Source: an uncultured Actinomycetes bacterium
GTDB taxonomy: Bacteria > Actinomycetota > Thermoleophilia > Solirubrobacterales > Solirubrobacteraceae
Direction of reading: 5' to 3'
Assembly (NCBI GenBank): GCA_963840185.1
Contig: CAWIXY010000001.1
Location: 388,808-452,807, forward strand
DNA: 64,000 nucleotides
Shown: positions 20,990 through 30,292 of the stretch, one piece after another
Position numbering within the stretch: position 1 is the first letter of the stretch
Layout: every line of letters starts with the position of its first letter
Position numbers and translations under genes: made by a program
The notes under the pieces: generated by a model
What the model saw: only the letters and a program-made list of their open reading frames with translations
The model's database searches: none
What the model was told of the DNA's origin: nothing

Positions 20990-22471
20990 ATGGCCCAGGA
21001 CCACTTCGACCGACTCACCGCGATCGACGCGTCGTTCCTCCACCAGGAGGGCCCGGCGTCGCACATGCACGTCGGCGCGGTCACGATCTTCGAGGGGCCG
21101 CCGCCGAACTTCGAGGAGTTCCTCGACTCGCTGCGCATGCGCCTGCACCTCGTGCCGCGCTACCGCCAGCGGCTGTCGGTCCCGCCGCTGGAGAGCGGCC
21201 GGCCGCTGTGGGTCGACGACCACACGTTCGACATCGAGTACCACGTGCGCCACAGCGCGCTGCCCAGCCCCGGGTCCGAGGAACAGCTGCTGCTGCTCGC
21301 CGGCCGGATCTTCTCCCAGCAGCTCGACCGCTCGCGGCCGCTGTGGGAGCTGTGGATGATCGAAGGGCTCGAGGGCAGTCGCTTCGCGCTGATCTCCAAG
21401 AGCCACCACGCGATGATCGACGGGATCTCCGGCGTCGACCTCGCGCAGGTGATGTTCGACGTCTCGCCGGTGCCGGCGGAGATCCCCCACCCCGACGCGG
21501 CCTGGCAGGCCGCGCCCGAGCCGAGCCCCGTCGAGCTGCTCGCCGCCGGCGCCCTGGGCGCCCTGCGCACGGGCGTGTCGACCGCGGTGCGCGCGGCGAC
21601 GACGGTCACGAGGCCGGCGCAGACGCTGGCCGCCGCCCGCGAGGCGGCCGAGGGCCTCGGCGAGGTCGTCTGGGCCGGGCTCAACCCCGCGCCCGACACG
21701 CCGCTGAACGTCGAGATCGGCCCGCACCGGCGCTTCGCGGTCGTCCGCAGCGAGCTGCGCGACTTCAAGCGCATCAAGGACGCCTTCGGAGGCACGGTCA
21801 ACGACGTCGTGCTGGCGGTGGTCACCGGCGCCCTGCGCGGCTGGCTGCGCAAGCGGGGCATCCGCGTCGAGGGCCTCGAGCTGCGTGCGCTCGTGCCCGT
21901 GTCGATCCGCGGCGAGTCCGATCGCGGCTCGCTGGGCAACCGCATCGCCGCGATGCGCGGGCCGCTGCCGGTCTACGTCGAGGACCCCATCGCGCGGCTG
22001 CAGACCGTCAAGCAGGGCATGGGCAGCCTGAAGGAGTCCAAGCAGGCGGTCGGCGCCGAGGTGCTGGCCAGCGTCCAGAACTTCGCCCCGCCGACGATCC
22101 TGGCCCAGGCCTCGCGGCTGAACTTCTCCACCCGCCTGTTCAACCTGATCGTGACCAACGTGCCGGGACCGCAGTTCCCGCTGTACGTGCGCGGGCGCGA
22201 GCTGCAGGACGTCTTCCCCGTCGCGTTCCTGCCCAAGAACCACGCGCTGGCCGTGGCGATCATGTCCTACAACGGCAAGATGAACTTCGGCCTGCTCGGC
22301 GACTACGACGCGATGGGCGACCTCGGCACCGTGGCTGACGGGATCGAGGCGTCGCTGGCCGAGCTGCTGGCGCTGGCCCGCAAGGAGTCCCAGCGCAAGG
22401 CCCGGGCGGCCGAGCGCGCCGCGGGCAACGGCGCCCCGACCGACGAGACGCCGGCGCTCACGCCACGCTGA
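20990..22471 (+). CDS. Wax ester synthase / diacylglycerol acyltransferase (WS/DGAT)
   Basis: Intact 493 aa with the active-site motif HHAMIDGISG, the N-terminal block LHQEGPASHMHVG, and the C-terminal block NVPGPQFPLY. Confidence 0.9.
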   Translation: MAQDHFDRLTAIDASFLHQEGPASHMHVGAVTIFEGPPPNFEEFLDSLRMRLHLVPRYRQRLSVPPLESGRPLWVDDHTFDIEYHVRHSALPSPGSEEQLLLLAGRIFSQQLDRSRPLWELWMIEGLEGSRFALISKSHHAMIDGISGVDLAQVMFDVSPVPAEIPHPDAAWQAAPEPSPVELLAAGALGALRTGVSTAVRAATTVTRPAQTLAAAREAAEGLGEVVWAGLNPAPDTPLNVEIGPHRRFAVVRSELRDFKRIKDAFGGTVNDVVLAVVTGALRGWLRKRGIRVEGLELRALVPVSIRGESDRGSLGNRIAAMRGPLPVYVEDPIARLQTVKQGMGSLKESKQAVGAEVLASVQNFAPPTILAQASRLNFSTRLFNLIVTNVPGPQFPLYVRGRELQDVFPVAFLPKNHALAVAIMSYNGKMNFGLLGDYDAMGDLGTVADGIEASLAELLALARKESQRKARAAERAAGNGAPTDETPALTPR

Positions 22472-24088
22472 TCGTCTCGTCCGCCCGGCGCGGCAGCCGC
22501 TCGCGGTTGCCCGCGCGGTCGACGGCGACGCTCGTGAACGCGTAGCGCCGGCCGGGCCGCACGACGAAGCGCCTGCTCGTCCGGCCCGTGGTCAGCACGC
22601 GCCGCCGCGGCCCGCCGTCGACCGCGAGGTACAGCAGGTAGCGCGCCACGCCGGCGCGGCGCACGCCGCGCGGCGCGCGGTCGGCGCCGTCCCAGCGCAC
22701 CGTCACCCGCCGATCGCTCGTGCGTGCCGGCAGGCCCTCCACCTGCGAGCGCGGCGCGCGGCGGTCCATGCTCCGCGCGAGCTCGACCGCGGCGCCCGCG
22801 TCGAGGATGCCCCAGCCGAGCTCGGGCCCCCAGCCGGTCCCCGGCAGCCGGCGCGCGCTCTCCTTGAGCAGGCGGACGATGTCGGGCGCGCGCAGATCGG
22901 GGTTGAGGCCGTGCACGAGCGCGGCCGCCCCGGAGACCATGGCCGTCGCCATCGACGTGCCCTCGAGGTAGGCGTAGCGCGCGTCGGCGCCGAACGTCGT
23001 CCGGCACGCGCACGGCGGGCGCGGCGGGCTGCCCGCGCCGCCGCGCTCGAGCTCGTTGGGGGCCGAGGTGAAGGCGCCGAAGATGCCCGCCGGGCCGGTG
23101 CCCTGCTCGACGGCGTAGGAGCCGTAGGCGGCCATCGAGACCTGCGGGCCGAAGCCCGCGAAGCTCGCGCGCACGTCGGCGTGCGTGGCAGCGGTCACCG
23201 ACAGGCCCCGGTTCTCGGTCAGATCGGGCGCGGTGCCCGCCGGCTGCACGAGGTTGGCGGGATGGCCCTGATCCTCGATCGGATCGTCGGCCGCGGCGGC
23301 GACGAGCACCGCGCCGCGCTGCGCTGCGTAGGTGACCGCACGGCGCACGGCGCTGGAGGGCTGCGAGCCCGGCGGGCTGCCGAAGCTGAGGTTGATCGCG
23401 TCGGCGCCGCGGTCGGCGGCCCACACGATCGCGGCGGCGACGCTCGAGTCGCTGAAGCTCGTCTTGATGGCCAGCAGCCGGCAGCGCAGGCCGGCGCCCG
23501 CCAGACCGACGGCGTTGTTGCCCGCCCCGCAGGCGATCGAGGCGACGTGCGTGCCGTGGCCCACCTCGTCGACGGCGGCCGCCGGCCGCTGGGGGTCGAA
23601 GCTCGCGGCGCCGGCGATGCGGTCGGCCAGCTCAGGATGGGTCGCGTCGACGCCGGTGTCGATGACGGCGACCAGCGTGTTCTCGCCGCGCGCGTGATCC
23701 CAGGCCCGCTCGAAGCCGCTGCGCGCCGCCCACCACTGCACCGGGGTACCGGGCACGGTGCCCGGCGCGGCCTCGACGGCGCGCAGCGCAGGGTCGTCGG
23801 GCAGGAAGCGCGGGTGCGCGCGGCGCTCGGGCTCGACGGTGGCCACGCGCGGGTCGGCGCGCAGGCGGCGTGCGAGCGCCGCGGCGCTCGCGCCGGCGCG
23901 CGGACGCACCGTGACCAGGCCGATCTGCGGGACGCGGTAGCCACCCGGCCGCGCTCCGAGCTGCGCCGCGGTCGCCGGCAGCGCGCAGCGTCACCACGAG
24001 GCTGCCCGTGGTGGTCGAGGGCCGTGCCCAGGCCGCGGCGGGCACGAGCGAGGGGCACGACGACGGCGAGAGCGAGGAGCCGTCGCAT
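22458..24088 (-). pseudogene. S8 subtilisin-family serine peptidase with signal and propeptide, 2 frame breaks in the N-terminal region
   Basis: The catalytic triad blocks are VIDTGVDATHPEL, GHGTHVASI and GTSMATAMVSGAAAL. The signal peptide MRRLLALAVVVPLA (ATG 24088) and the propeptide are split over three successive frames. The breaks are near 23990 and 23950. Confidence 0.85.
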
Positions 24089-24142
24089 CTGTGGCGAGCC
24101 TAGCCCGCTCGCGCGGGGTTCGCCGCAGTCAGGCGACGGGTG

Positions 24143-24439
24143 TCAGTAGCCCAACGCGAACTTCGCGTCTTCGCTCATGCGCTCCGGCGTCCACGGGGGC
24201 TGGAACGTCATCGCGGACGTCACGTCCCCGACGCCCTCCAGGTCGCCGACGAACTCCTCGATCTGCTCGGAGACCTGGGGGCCGATCGGGCATCCGGGCG
24301 AGGTCAGCGTGAACGTGACGTGCACGTCGCCGCCGTTGACCTCGACCCCGTAGATCAGCCCGAGCTCGACGAAATCGAGGCCCAGCTCGGGGTCGATCAC
24401 GTTGCTGAGGGCGTCCTCCACCTCTTCCACGGACGGCAT
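24143..24439 (-). CDS. DUF59 (MIP18/SufT-like) metal-sulfur cluster assembly factor
   Basis: ATG at 24439. The sequence MPSVEEVEDALSNVIDPELGLDFVELGLIYGVEV...TLTSPGCPIG is the canonical DUF59 signature. Confidence 0.85.
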   Translation of the reverse strand: MPSVEEVEDALSNVIDPELGLDFVELGLIYGVEVNGGDVHVTFTLTSPGCPIGPQVSEQIEEFVGDLEGVGDVTSAMTFQPPWTPERMSEDAKFALGY

Positions 24440-24574
24440 GGGTTGAGTGTAGCCGCGGCGTTTCGGTAGGTTGCCCCGATCGTTCGCTTCACGCCCCAGC
24501 CCGCGACCCTGTGCTGCTCCGGCGACGAGGACTTCGCCACGCAGGGCTGTCGGCGCAGCGCGCTCTCGCGCGCG

Positions 24575-24799
24575 TTGACCGTGCAGCGCGACCTCCACGT
24601 CGACCTGCGCGACCTGCACTTCGCCGACGCGTCGCTCATGGTCGACCTCGTCATGGTCGCCGGGCGCCTGCGCAAGAGCGGGCACCACATGGTGCTCCAT
24701 GGGCCGCAGCCGCAGATCTGGCGGCTCATCGAGCTCGTCGGGCTGCACCGGCTGCCGGGGGTCACCGTGCAGACGGCCGGCTCGCCCGCGCTCGCCTAG
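24575..24799 (+). CDS. STAS-domain-like fragment (possible orphan anti-sigma antagonist, N-terminus unresolved)
   Basis: The track ORF has a TTG start. DLHVDLRDLHFADASLMVDLVMVAGRLRKSGHHMVLHGPQPQIWRLIELVGL resembles the STAS core. Coding-looking sequence (LCCSGDEDFAT) continues upstream to about 24470 with no start codon. Confidence 0.35.
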   Translation: MTVQRDLHVDLRDLHFADASLMVDLVMVAGRLRKSGHHMVLHGPQPQIWRLIELVGLHRLPGVTVQTAGSPALA

Positions 24800-24856
24800 C
24801 GTTCGCTTCGGTTCCGCCCGCCTCGGCGCGCGCAGGAGGTCGTACCCTGGAGGGCG

Positions 24857-25342
24857 ATGCTCGCGCCGCTCGTCCTGCTCTTCATCCTGGTGCCGATCCT
24901 GGAGCTGTACGTGATCATCCAGGTGGGCCAGGAGATCGGCGCGCTGTGGACGATCGCCATCCTCGTGGCCGACTCGATCCTGGGTTCGCTGCTGCTGCGC
25001 GCGCAGGGCCGCAGCGTCTGGCAGCGCTTCAACGCGGCACTCAGCGCGGGGCGCCCGCCCGCCCGTGAGGTGCTCGACGGCGTGCTCATCGTCCTCGGCG
25101 GCGCGCTGCTGCTGACGCCCGGCTTCACCACCGACGTCGTCGGCCTGCTGCTGCTGGTCCCGCCCACGCGTGCGGTGATCCGCCGTGTGCTCGTGCGGCG
25201 GCTGGCCAAGCGCATGGTCGTCGCGGTTCCCGGCGGCGGTCGCGTGCCCCCGCCCGGCGGCGGGCGGCGGCCCGGCGCTCCGGGCCCTGGCGACGACATC
25301 GAGGGCACGGCGACCGAGGTCGACCCGCGGGCGCTGCGGTGA
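24857..25342 (+). CDS. fxsA: FxsA family membrane protein
   Basis: Intact 161 aa. The sequence LVLLFILVPILELYVIIQVG...LLTPGFTTDVVGLLLLVPPTR is the FxsA signature. Confidence 0.85.
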   Translation: MLAPLVLLFILVPILELYVIIQVGQEIGALWTIAILVADSILGSLLLRAQGRSVWQRFNAALSAGRPPAREVLDGVLIVLGGALLLTPGFTTDVVGLLLLVPPTRAVIRRVLVRRLAKRMVVAVPGGGRVPPPGGGRRPGAPGPGDDIEGTATEVDPRALR

Positions 25343-26276
25343 GCGTCACCGCGGCCGACGAGGCCCCGCGCCCGCCGTCGGGCGAGGGCTTCAGCGATGC
25401 CGTGACCGTCGCCTTCGGCGACGAGCGCGCCGACCTCTACGGCGTCGTGCGCCTCGGCCTGGCCGGCGGCACGGCCAGCGGCCTGGCGATGCTGTTCCAC
25501 GGCGGCGAGCCGGTCACGGTCGTCGCCGAGGGCGCCGTCGCGGTCGACGGCCAGCCCGCGTCCTGGGACACCGTCTCGGCGGCCGGCATCGACACCTCGG
25601 TCGTCGACCCGCTGCGGACCTGGACGCTGCAGTTCGCGGGCGACGACGCGAGCCTCGACCTGTCGCTCTCCGCCGTCGGCGCGGTCGCCGAGCTTCCCCC
25701 GGACCACCCCGCGGCGCGCGCCGGCGGGATGGCCGGCTACGAGCAGCTCGTGCGCGTCGAGGGCACGGCGACCGTCGGCGCCCGGCGCCTGGACGTCCGC
25801 GCGCTGGGCCAGCGCGGCCACTCGTGGGGCGCGCCCGACTGGGACCGCATCGCCGTCGCGCGCACGCTGTCGGCCTGGCTGGGCGAGGACCTCGCGCTGT
25901 CAGCGGTCGCCATCCGCCCCGCACGCGCGTCCGACCACGCCGGCGAGCACCTGGCCGCGACACTGCTCGAGCAGCCCGAGGACGGCGACCCTGTGGCGCT
26001 CGCCGTCGACGACCCGCGCCTCTCGACGACCTACGACGGCGAGGGCCACCAGCGCCACGCGGGCCTGGAGCTGTGGATGGGACGAGGACGACCCCGTGCC
26101 CCGCCACATCGCAGGCGAGGCGCTGTGCGGCACGTCGCTGGACCTCGGCCGGCTGCGCCTGGACTGCGCGTTCTTCCGCTGGCGGATGCGCGGGCGGGAG
26201 GGCGTGGGGCGGTACGACGTGGTGCGGCGGGCGGCGTCGGCGGCGGGGGTTGAGCGGCCTAGTGCCGCGCCCTTAG
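25339..26276 (+). pseudogene. Hypothetical protein, at least 1 frame break, 3' end uncertain
   Basis: The GTG start overlaps the fxsA stop. The frame changes from f1 to f2 at about 26083 (LELWM / DEDDPVPRHIAGEALCGTSLDLGRLRLDCAFFRWRMRGREGVGRYDVV). The f2 frame then runs implausibly through the next gene. A stop at 26274-26276 needs one more shift. Confidence 0.45.
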
Positions 26277-26728
26277 TTGTCGCAGCCCAGGCGGTCCCAG
26301 AGGTACAGATCGACGCACTCTTGCGCGAGTTGCACCGCGCGTTCAGGCGAGAGGAACGGCAGCACGGTCTCCAGCGCTTGCTCCTCGGCCACGCCGTTGT
26401 CGAAGGCCTCGTCTCCGCGGAAGCCCGCGGCAATCTTCAGCGCTTCGCGGCGGTTCTCGCCCAGCGAGCCGAAGGCATTGACGAGGAACTCGCGATTGGC
26501 GATCGGCTGGCCGACCTCTAGCGAGGCGTGCCAGGCGGCGAGCATCGACAGATCGTGCTCGTCTAGATCAGCGACGGCCTTGACGTAGTGCGAAAGCAGC
26601 TCGCCGTCGGGGATCTCGTCGACCCAGGCACGGACGAGCTCGCCGAGGAGCTGACGCCGAGCCTCGCGGCCGACGGACTCGGAGATGACGCGGATCGCGT
26701 CCTTGGGTTCGATGAAGCAGAGGGCCAT
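26273..26728 (-). CDS. Hypothetical acidic helical protein (151 aa)
   Basis: ATG at 26728, in frame with track ORF 26273..27298. The product begins MALCFIEPKDAIRVISESVGREARRQLL... It has no signal peptide, and I recognise no motif. A strong hairpin separates it from the upstream gene. Confidence 0.6.
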   Translation of the reverse strand: MALCFIEPKDAIRVISESVGREARRQLLGELVRAWVDEIPDGELLSHYVKAVADLDEHDLSMLAAWHASLEVGQPIANREFLVNAFGSLGENRREALKIAAGFRGDEAFDNGVAEEQALETVLPFLSPERAVQLAQECVDLYLWDRLGCDN

Positions 26729-26824
26729 TTCCGTGCGGCGCTCCCTCGAGCTCGGAGACGACGGGACTTGACGGGCAAGGTAGGGGCCCCGTCGGACGGA
26801 GTGAAGCCCAACCGCGCGCGCGTG

Positions 26825-26858
26825 GCCGACCCCGACCGCCCACGCGGTCGGGGTCGGC
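26825..26858 (-). terminator. Perfect 15-bp GC-rich hairpin, 16 nt after the stop of the large secreted protein gene
   Basis: The sequence is gccgaccccgaccgc-ccac-gcggtcggggtcggc. There is no U tract on the minus strand, which is common in high-GC actinobacteria. Confidence 0.6.
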
Positions 26859-26874
26859 GTTTCAGGCTCGGCGC

Positions 26875-28708
26875 TCAGCGCACCCGAACACGCGCAGGGC
26901 GCGAGGTGCCCATGTCGAACGGGTAGTCGTCCGACGCGCGGGCGCGGACCCGCAGCTCGTAGGTCACCGGGCCACCGCGGCGGAACGTGTACTTCGAGGC
27001 GAACGCGCCGCCCTGCCGCGCACGAACGGTCGCGAACGTGACCCAGGCGGTCCCGGGCGTACGAGCCTGAAGCTCGAGCACCTTCCCCACTCGCGGCACC
27101 GGCCGCCCCAGGAGCCGGCCTGTGAGCCGGATGGTCTTTCCGCGACTGGCCACCCGCGGGGTCACGGACAGCCGGAGCCCGGCACGCACCTTGAGCCGAA
27201 GGGTTCGCGTCGCGGCCGGCGTCACGTCGTTGGCGTGGCTGCGATAGCGGAAGCGGAGCAGCCGGGATGAGACGTCGACGGGGAGGATCAGCGTCCAAGT
27301 TCCGTCCGGCCGCGTGCGCGCGCCGCCCTTGTCGAGCGACTCCTTGGCCCCCTTCGCGGCGGGCGTCGCCGCGAGCTCAACCCGTGCGTTGCGGATCCCC
27401 TTGCCGTTGCGATCGGTCAGCTTGCCGCGAATGACGTGGCGGACGCCGTAGCGCGACCGCAATACCGTGCCGCGGTTGCTCGCCCACCACGCAGTGAGAC
27501 GCGCCTCGTCGGTCGCGTTGATGCCGTTCGGCGCTCCGCGATCCACCGGCTGCGTTGCGCCAGGCGTGGTCGATGTCGTGGTGTTGATCACCGTCGTGGT
27601 CGAACCAGAGCCGCTCCCGCTGGAGCCCGAGCCGTCGGTCCCCTGGCCGCCCGTCAACGGGTCGGGGACGTTGTCCACGACGACGTTGCGATTCGACAGC
27701 GTCGCGGAGTTCCCCGCGGCGTCCTCAAGCAGGATCTTCAGGTTGTGCGTGCCTTCGGGCAGCTGGCGTGTGTCGAACGCAGTATGTCCCGCCCGCTGAC
27801 AGCCGGCACGGCACCGGGTGCGCGAACTCGTACGGATCGGAGTTCGCCGCGTTCACGTCCGACGCACTTCCCCGCATTCCCGTCGATTGTCCGAGACATC
27901 GCCGGCACGTTGTCGACGAGCAGCTGCACTCGATAGAGGCCCGAGCCGGTGTCGGTGGCGTTCACCGTCAGGTCTTGCTCCCCGCGAACGACCGCCTCGG
28001 TCATCAATGGCCCACTCGCGGCACCCGAGATCTGCGGATTCGTCTCGTCACGAAGCGTCAGCTTGCCTCCGTAGATGCGAAGGTACACGTCTCCCGCCAC
28101 GTTGCAGGTCCACGTCGAATCCGGCAAAGAGCAGCTAAGTGTCGCGCTCACACCGCTAGCCAACGGATTAGCAAAATTGACGCGATTACTCGCTGCCCAC
28201 GGGTTAGACGGGTTGCCCAGGGCCCCACACCAGTCACAAAGATCAGCTGCAGGCAGCCCGTAGATGTAGTCCCACGGCACCGCTATGGATGGCAAAGGAC
28301 ATGTGATTTGCCCAGGCTCGGGTATCGCCGGCGCGATACAGCTCGGCTCGAGTCAAGCTGAGGTTCGGTGGTGTAGAGAATGTGAGTGCACTGGCGCCTT
28401 CGCCCGAGACGTTGGTCGTGAATGGCACGCCGACCGCAAGCAAGACTCCTCGATCCCGCTGACATTTGCCCCGGGCCGCACTTCGCATCTCCCGGCGCAG
28501 GCCCAAGCGATCGCTGGATGTTCGACGTGAAGCCCGACGGTACGACTCCGTCAACAGCGACCACGCCCGTCCCGGTGTCGGGATTTGCGCACACTATCTG
28601 GGTGTACGTACCGTCGGCTGCCAACGCCGGCGCGGCCGGGCAAGCTACTGCGACGAGCACCAAACACATCACCAGCACTCGAAATTGACGCGAGCGTCGA
28701 GTCGTCAT
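26875..28708 (-). pseudogene. Large secreted protein (about 610 aa) with a Ser/Gly/Thr linker and a C-terminal Ig/carboxypeptidase-regulatory-like beta domain, 4 frame breaks
   Basis: A strong AAGGAGAG box lies before the ATG at 28708. The signal peptide is RVLVMCLVLVAVACPAAPALAADG. The product can be followed through 5 successive frames (track ORFs 28283-28813, 28243-28554, 27738-28295, an unlisted segment DVNAANSDPYEFAHPVPCRLSAGGTY, and 26875-27678). GC content is visibly lower than in the flanks. Confidence 0.7.
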
Positions 28709-28730
28709 CGGGTTTCTCTCCTTTTGTTGT

Positions 28731-30023
28731 TCAAGGGTTCTCGAACCCGAATTCCGAGGACGGCGTTCGGGTGGGGGGTGCAGGGCTTGCCGGCTGGGGC
28801 TTTGCGAGCGCACGGGCCGGGCGCGCGACGGCGGGCGCCGGGGCGGGCGTCGTCCGGCTCTCGACGGGATCGACGAGCGGCTCGCTGGCCGGCCGCGACG
28901 CGGCGGGCGACGGCTGCGAGGTCACCGGCGGCACGCTCGTTCGCTGTCGGACATGCGGCGTGGGTGCGCTCCGGGCGGAGCCGCGCGTCGCACGAGGGAT
29001 CGCGCGCGAAGGGCGTATGACGGAGGCGGGCCCGCGAGGCGTGCTGCGCTCGGCGACGGCGCGCGCCGGCTCGGGCAGGCGCCTCGCCTCTTCGACAGCG
29101 AGCCCGCCTCCCGCCACCGCGACGGCCGACGCGGCGATGGCTGCCGCCTTGTGGGCCGTCGCGGTCTCGACGGCCGAGTGGATGCGCAGGACGGTCGAGG
29201 CCGTGCGCTCGTGGATCGTCATCGAGACGGCCTCGTACAGGCGGGTGAGGAACCCTCCGGCGTGCTCGAGGTCGGCGGCGCCGAGCGCGAGCGTCGCCGG
29301 CGGGAAGAGCGCTCCGAGCGGGGTGCCGGTCGTGTGGAGCGCGCGCAGCGTCGCCCGGCACGACCCGCAGTTGCGCAGGTGCGGGCGAAGCTCGACGAGC
29401 TGGTCGCCGGTCGCCTCGCCGTCGACCATCGCCGAGAGGACCGGCTGCCACCGCGCGCACTCCTCCCCCGCCTCGATGCCCGCGTAGCGCTCGAGGAAGC
29501 TGCGGCGCCCCTCGGTCAGGCAGCGGTTGACCTTCGTGTACGTCCAGCCGGTGACCTCGCAGATGTCGCGGTAGCTGTGCCCCGCGGCCTTCAGCCACAG
29601 CGCGCGGACCTCCTGGGGCTTGAGGCGCTTGAGCGCCTCGGCCGAGCGCATCGTGTGCTCGAACTGCAGGGCGCGCTCCTCGGGAGACGACGTCGTGCTC
29701 GCCTCGAGGGCGTCGAGGTCCATCTCGTCCATCCCGACGAGGCGCGACCGCGACCGCCGGACGGCCATCGCCTCGTGCTTGACGACGGTGTGCAGCCACG
29801 ACCCTGCGCGCTCGGGATCGAGGCGGTGGGCGTGACGCAGGAGGATCTCCAGGGCGCGCTGGTAGGCGTCCTGGGCATCGTCGGCGCACAGCGAGTGGCG
29901 CCGGGCCGTGCGCAGGACGGCGTCGGCGTGGCGCGTGATCACGGCGATCACGAGCTCTTCGGCCTGCTGGGCGTTCAGGGGGCGGCGCGCGGCGGGTGCC
30001 GCGGCCGCGAGGGTCTCATCCAT
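28731..30023 (-). CDS. ECF sigma factor fused to a zf-HC2 anti-sigma domain, a TM segment and a Pro-rich tail (ECF52-like one-component sigma)
   Basis: Intact 430 aa with the following parts:
- Sigma region 2: DAQDAYQRALEILLRHAHRLDPERAGSWLHTVVKHEAMAVRR.
- Sigma region 4: LKPQEVRALWLKAAGHSYRDICEVTGWTYTKVNRCLTEGRRS.
- An anti-sigma zinc motif: ECARWQ...LRPHLRNCGSCRATL.
- An Ala-rich hydrophobic segment: AAAIAASAVAVAGGGLAV.
- A P/S/A-rich tail of about 130 aa. Confidence 0.85.
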   Translation of the reverse strand: MDETLAAAAPAARRPLNAQQAEELVIAVITRHADAVLRTARRHSLCADDAQDAYQRALEILLRHAHRLDPERAGSWLHTVVKHEAMAVRRSRSRLVGMDEMDLDALEASTTSSPEERALQFEHTMRSAEALKRLKPQEVRALWLKAAGHSYRDICEVTGWTYTKVNRCLTEGRRSFLERYAGIEAGEECARWQPVLSAMVDGEATGDQLVELRPHLRNCGSCRATLRALHTTGTPLGALFPPATLALGAADLEHAGGFLTRLYEAVSMTIHERTASTVLRIHSAVETATAHKAAAIAASAVAVAGGGLAVEEARRLPEPARAVAERSTPRGPASVIRPSRAIPRATRGSARSAPTPHVRQRTSVPPVTSQPSPAASRPASEPLVDPVESRTTPAPAPAVARPARALAKPQPASPAPPTRTPSSEFGFENP

Positions 30024-30292
30024 GAGGGTCTCGGCTGCGTCGGGCGGTGGGACGTCGTGTCCCCAGCCCTAGTCGGCAAGCGCGCCAGCTTCGCCCCTGC
30101 CGCGATACGCCGGATTTCCGCTCTTAGCGGTCGTTTCGTGGGTCTACTTGGACGAACGACCGAGGTTGGAGCTCACTCGAAAGGGGCAGGTGCGGGGTGG
30201 CTGGCTGACGGCCGGCAGTGCGCCGATCGAGGTCAGCACGGATCCAGCGCGCCACCGCCGCGCCCGTGGAGCGTGGGCTACGGTTGGCCCGG

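Noticed and set aside
26096-26521. A 141-aa plus-strand ORF extending the 25339 gene through to 26521.
   Set aside because: Its distal two-thirds is antisense to the clearly coding 26273-26728 gene and has no coding-like composition. The real gene probably ends near 26276 after a further single-base shift.
26273-30023. The lower-GC patch as a mobile element or genomic island.
   Set aside because: No integrase, transposase, tRNA attachment site or flanking direct or inverted repeats are visible. I report it only as a compositional anomaly.
30024-30292. An ECF-type promoter (GGAAC-N16-17-CGT-like) in the sigma / dipeptidase divergent region.
   Set aside because: Several partial matches (GAAAC..., CGAAC...) occur on both strands, but none has convincing spacing. 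I cannot call this without a motif model.
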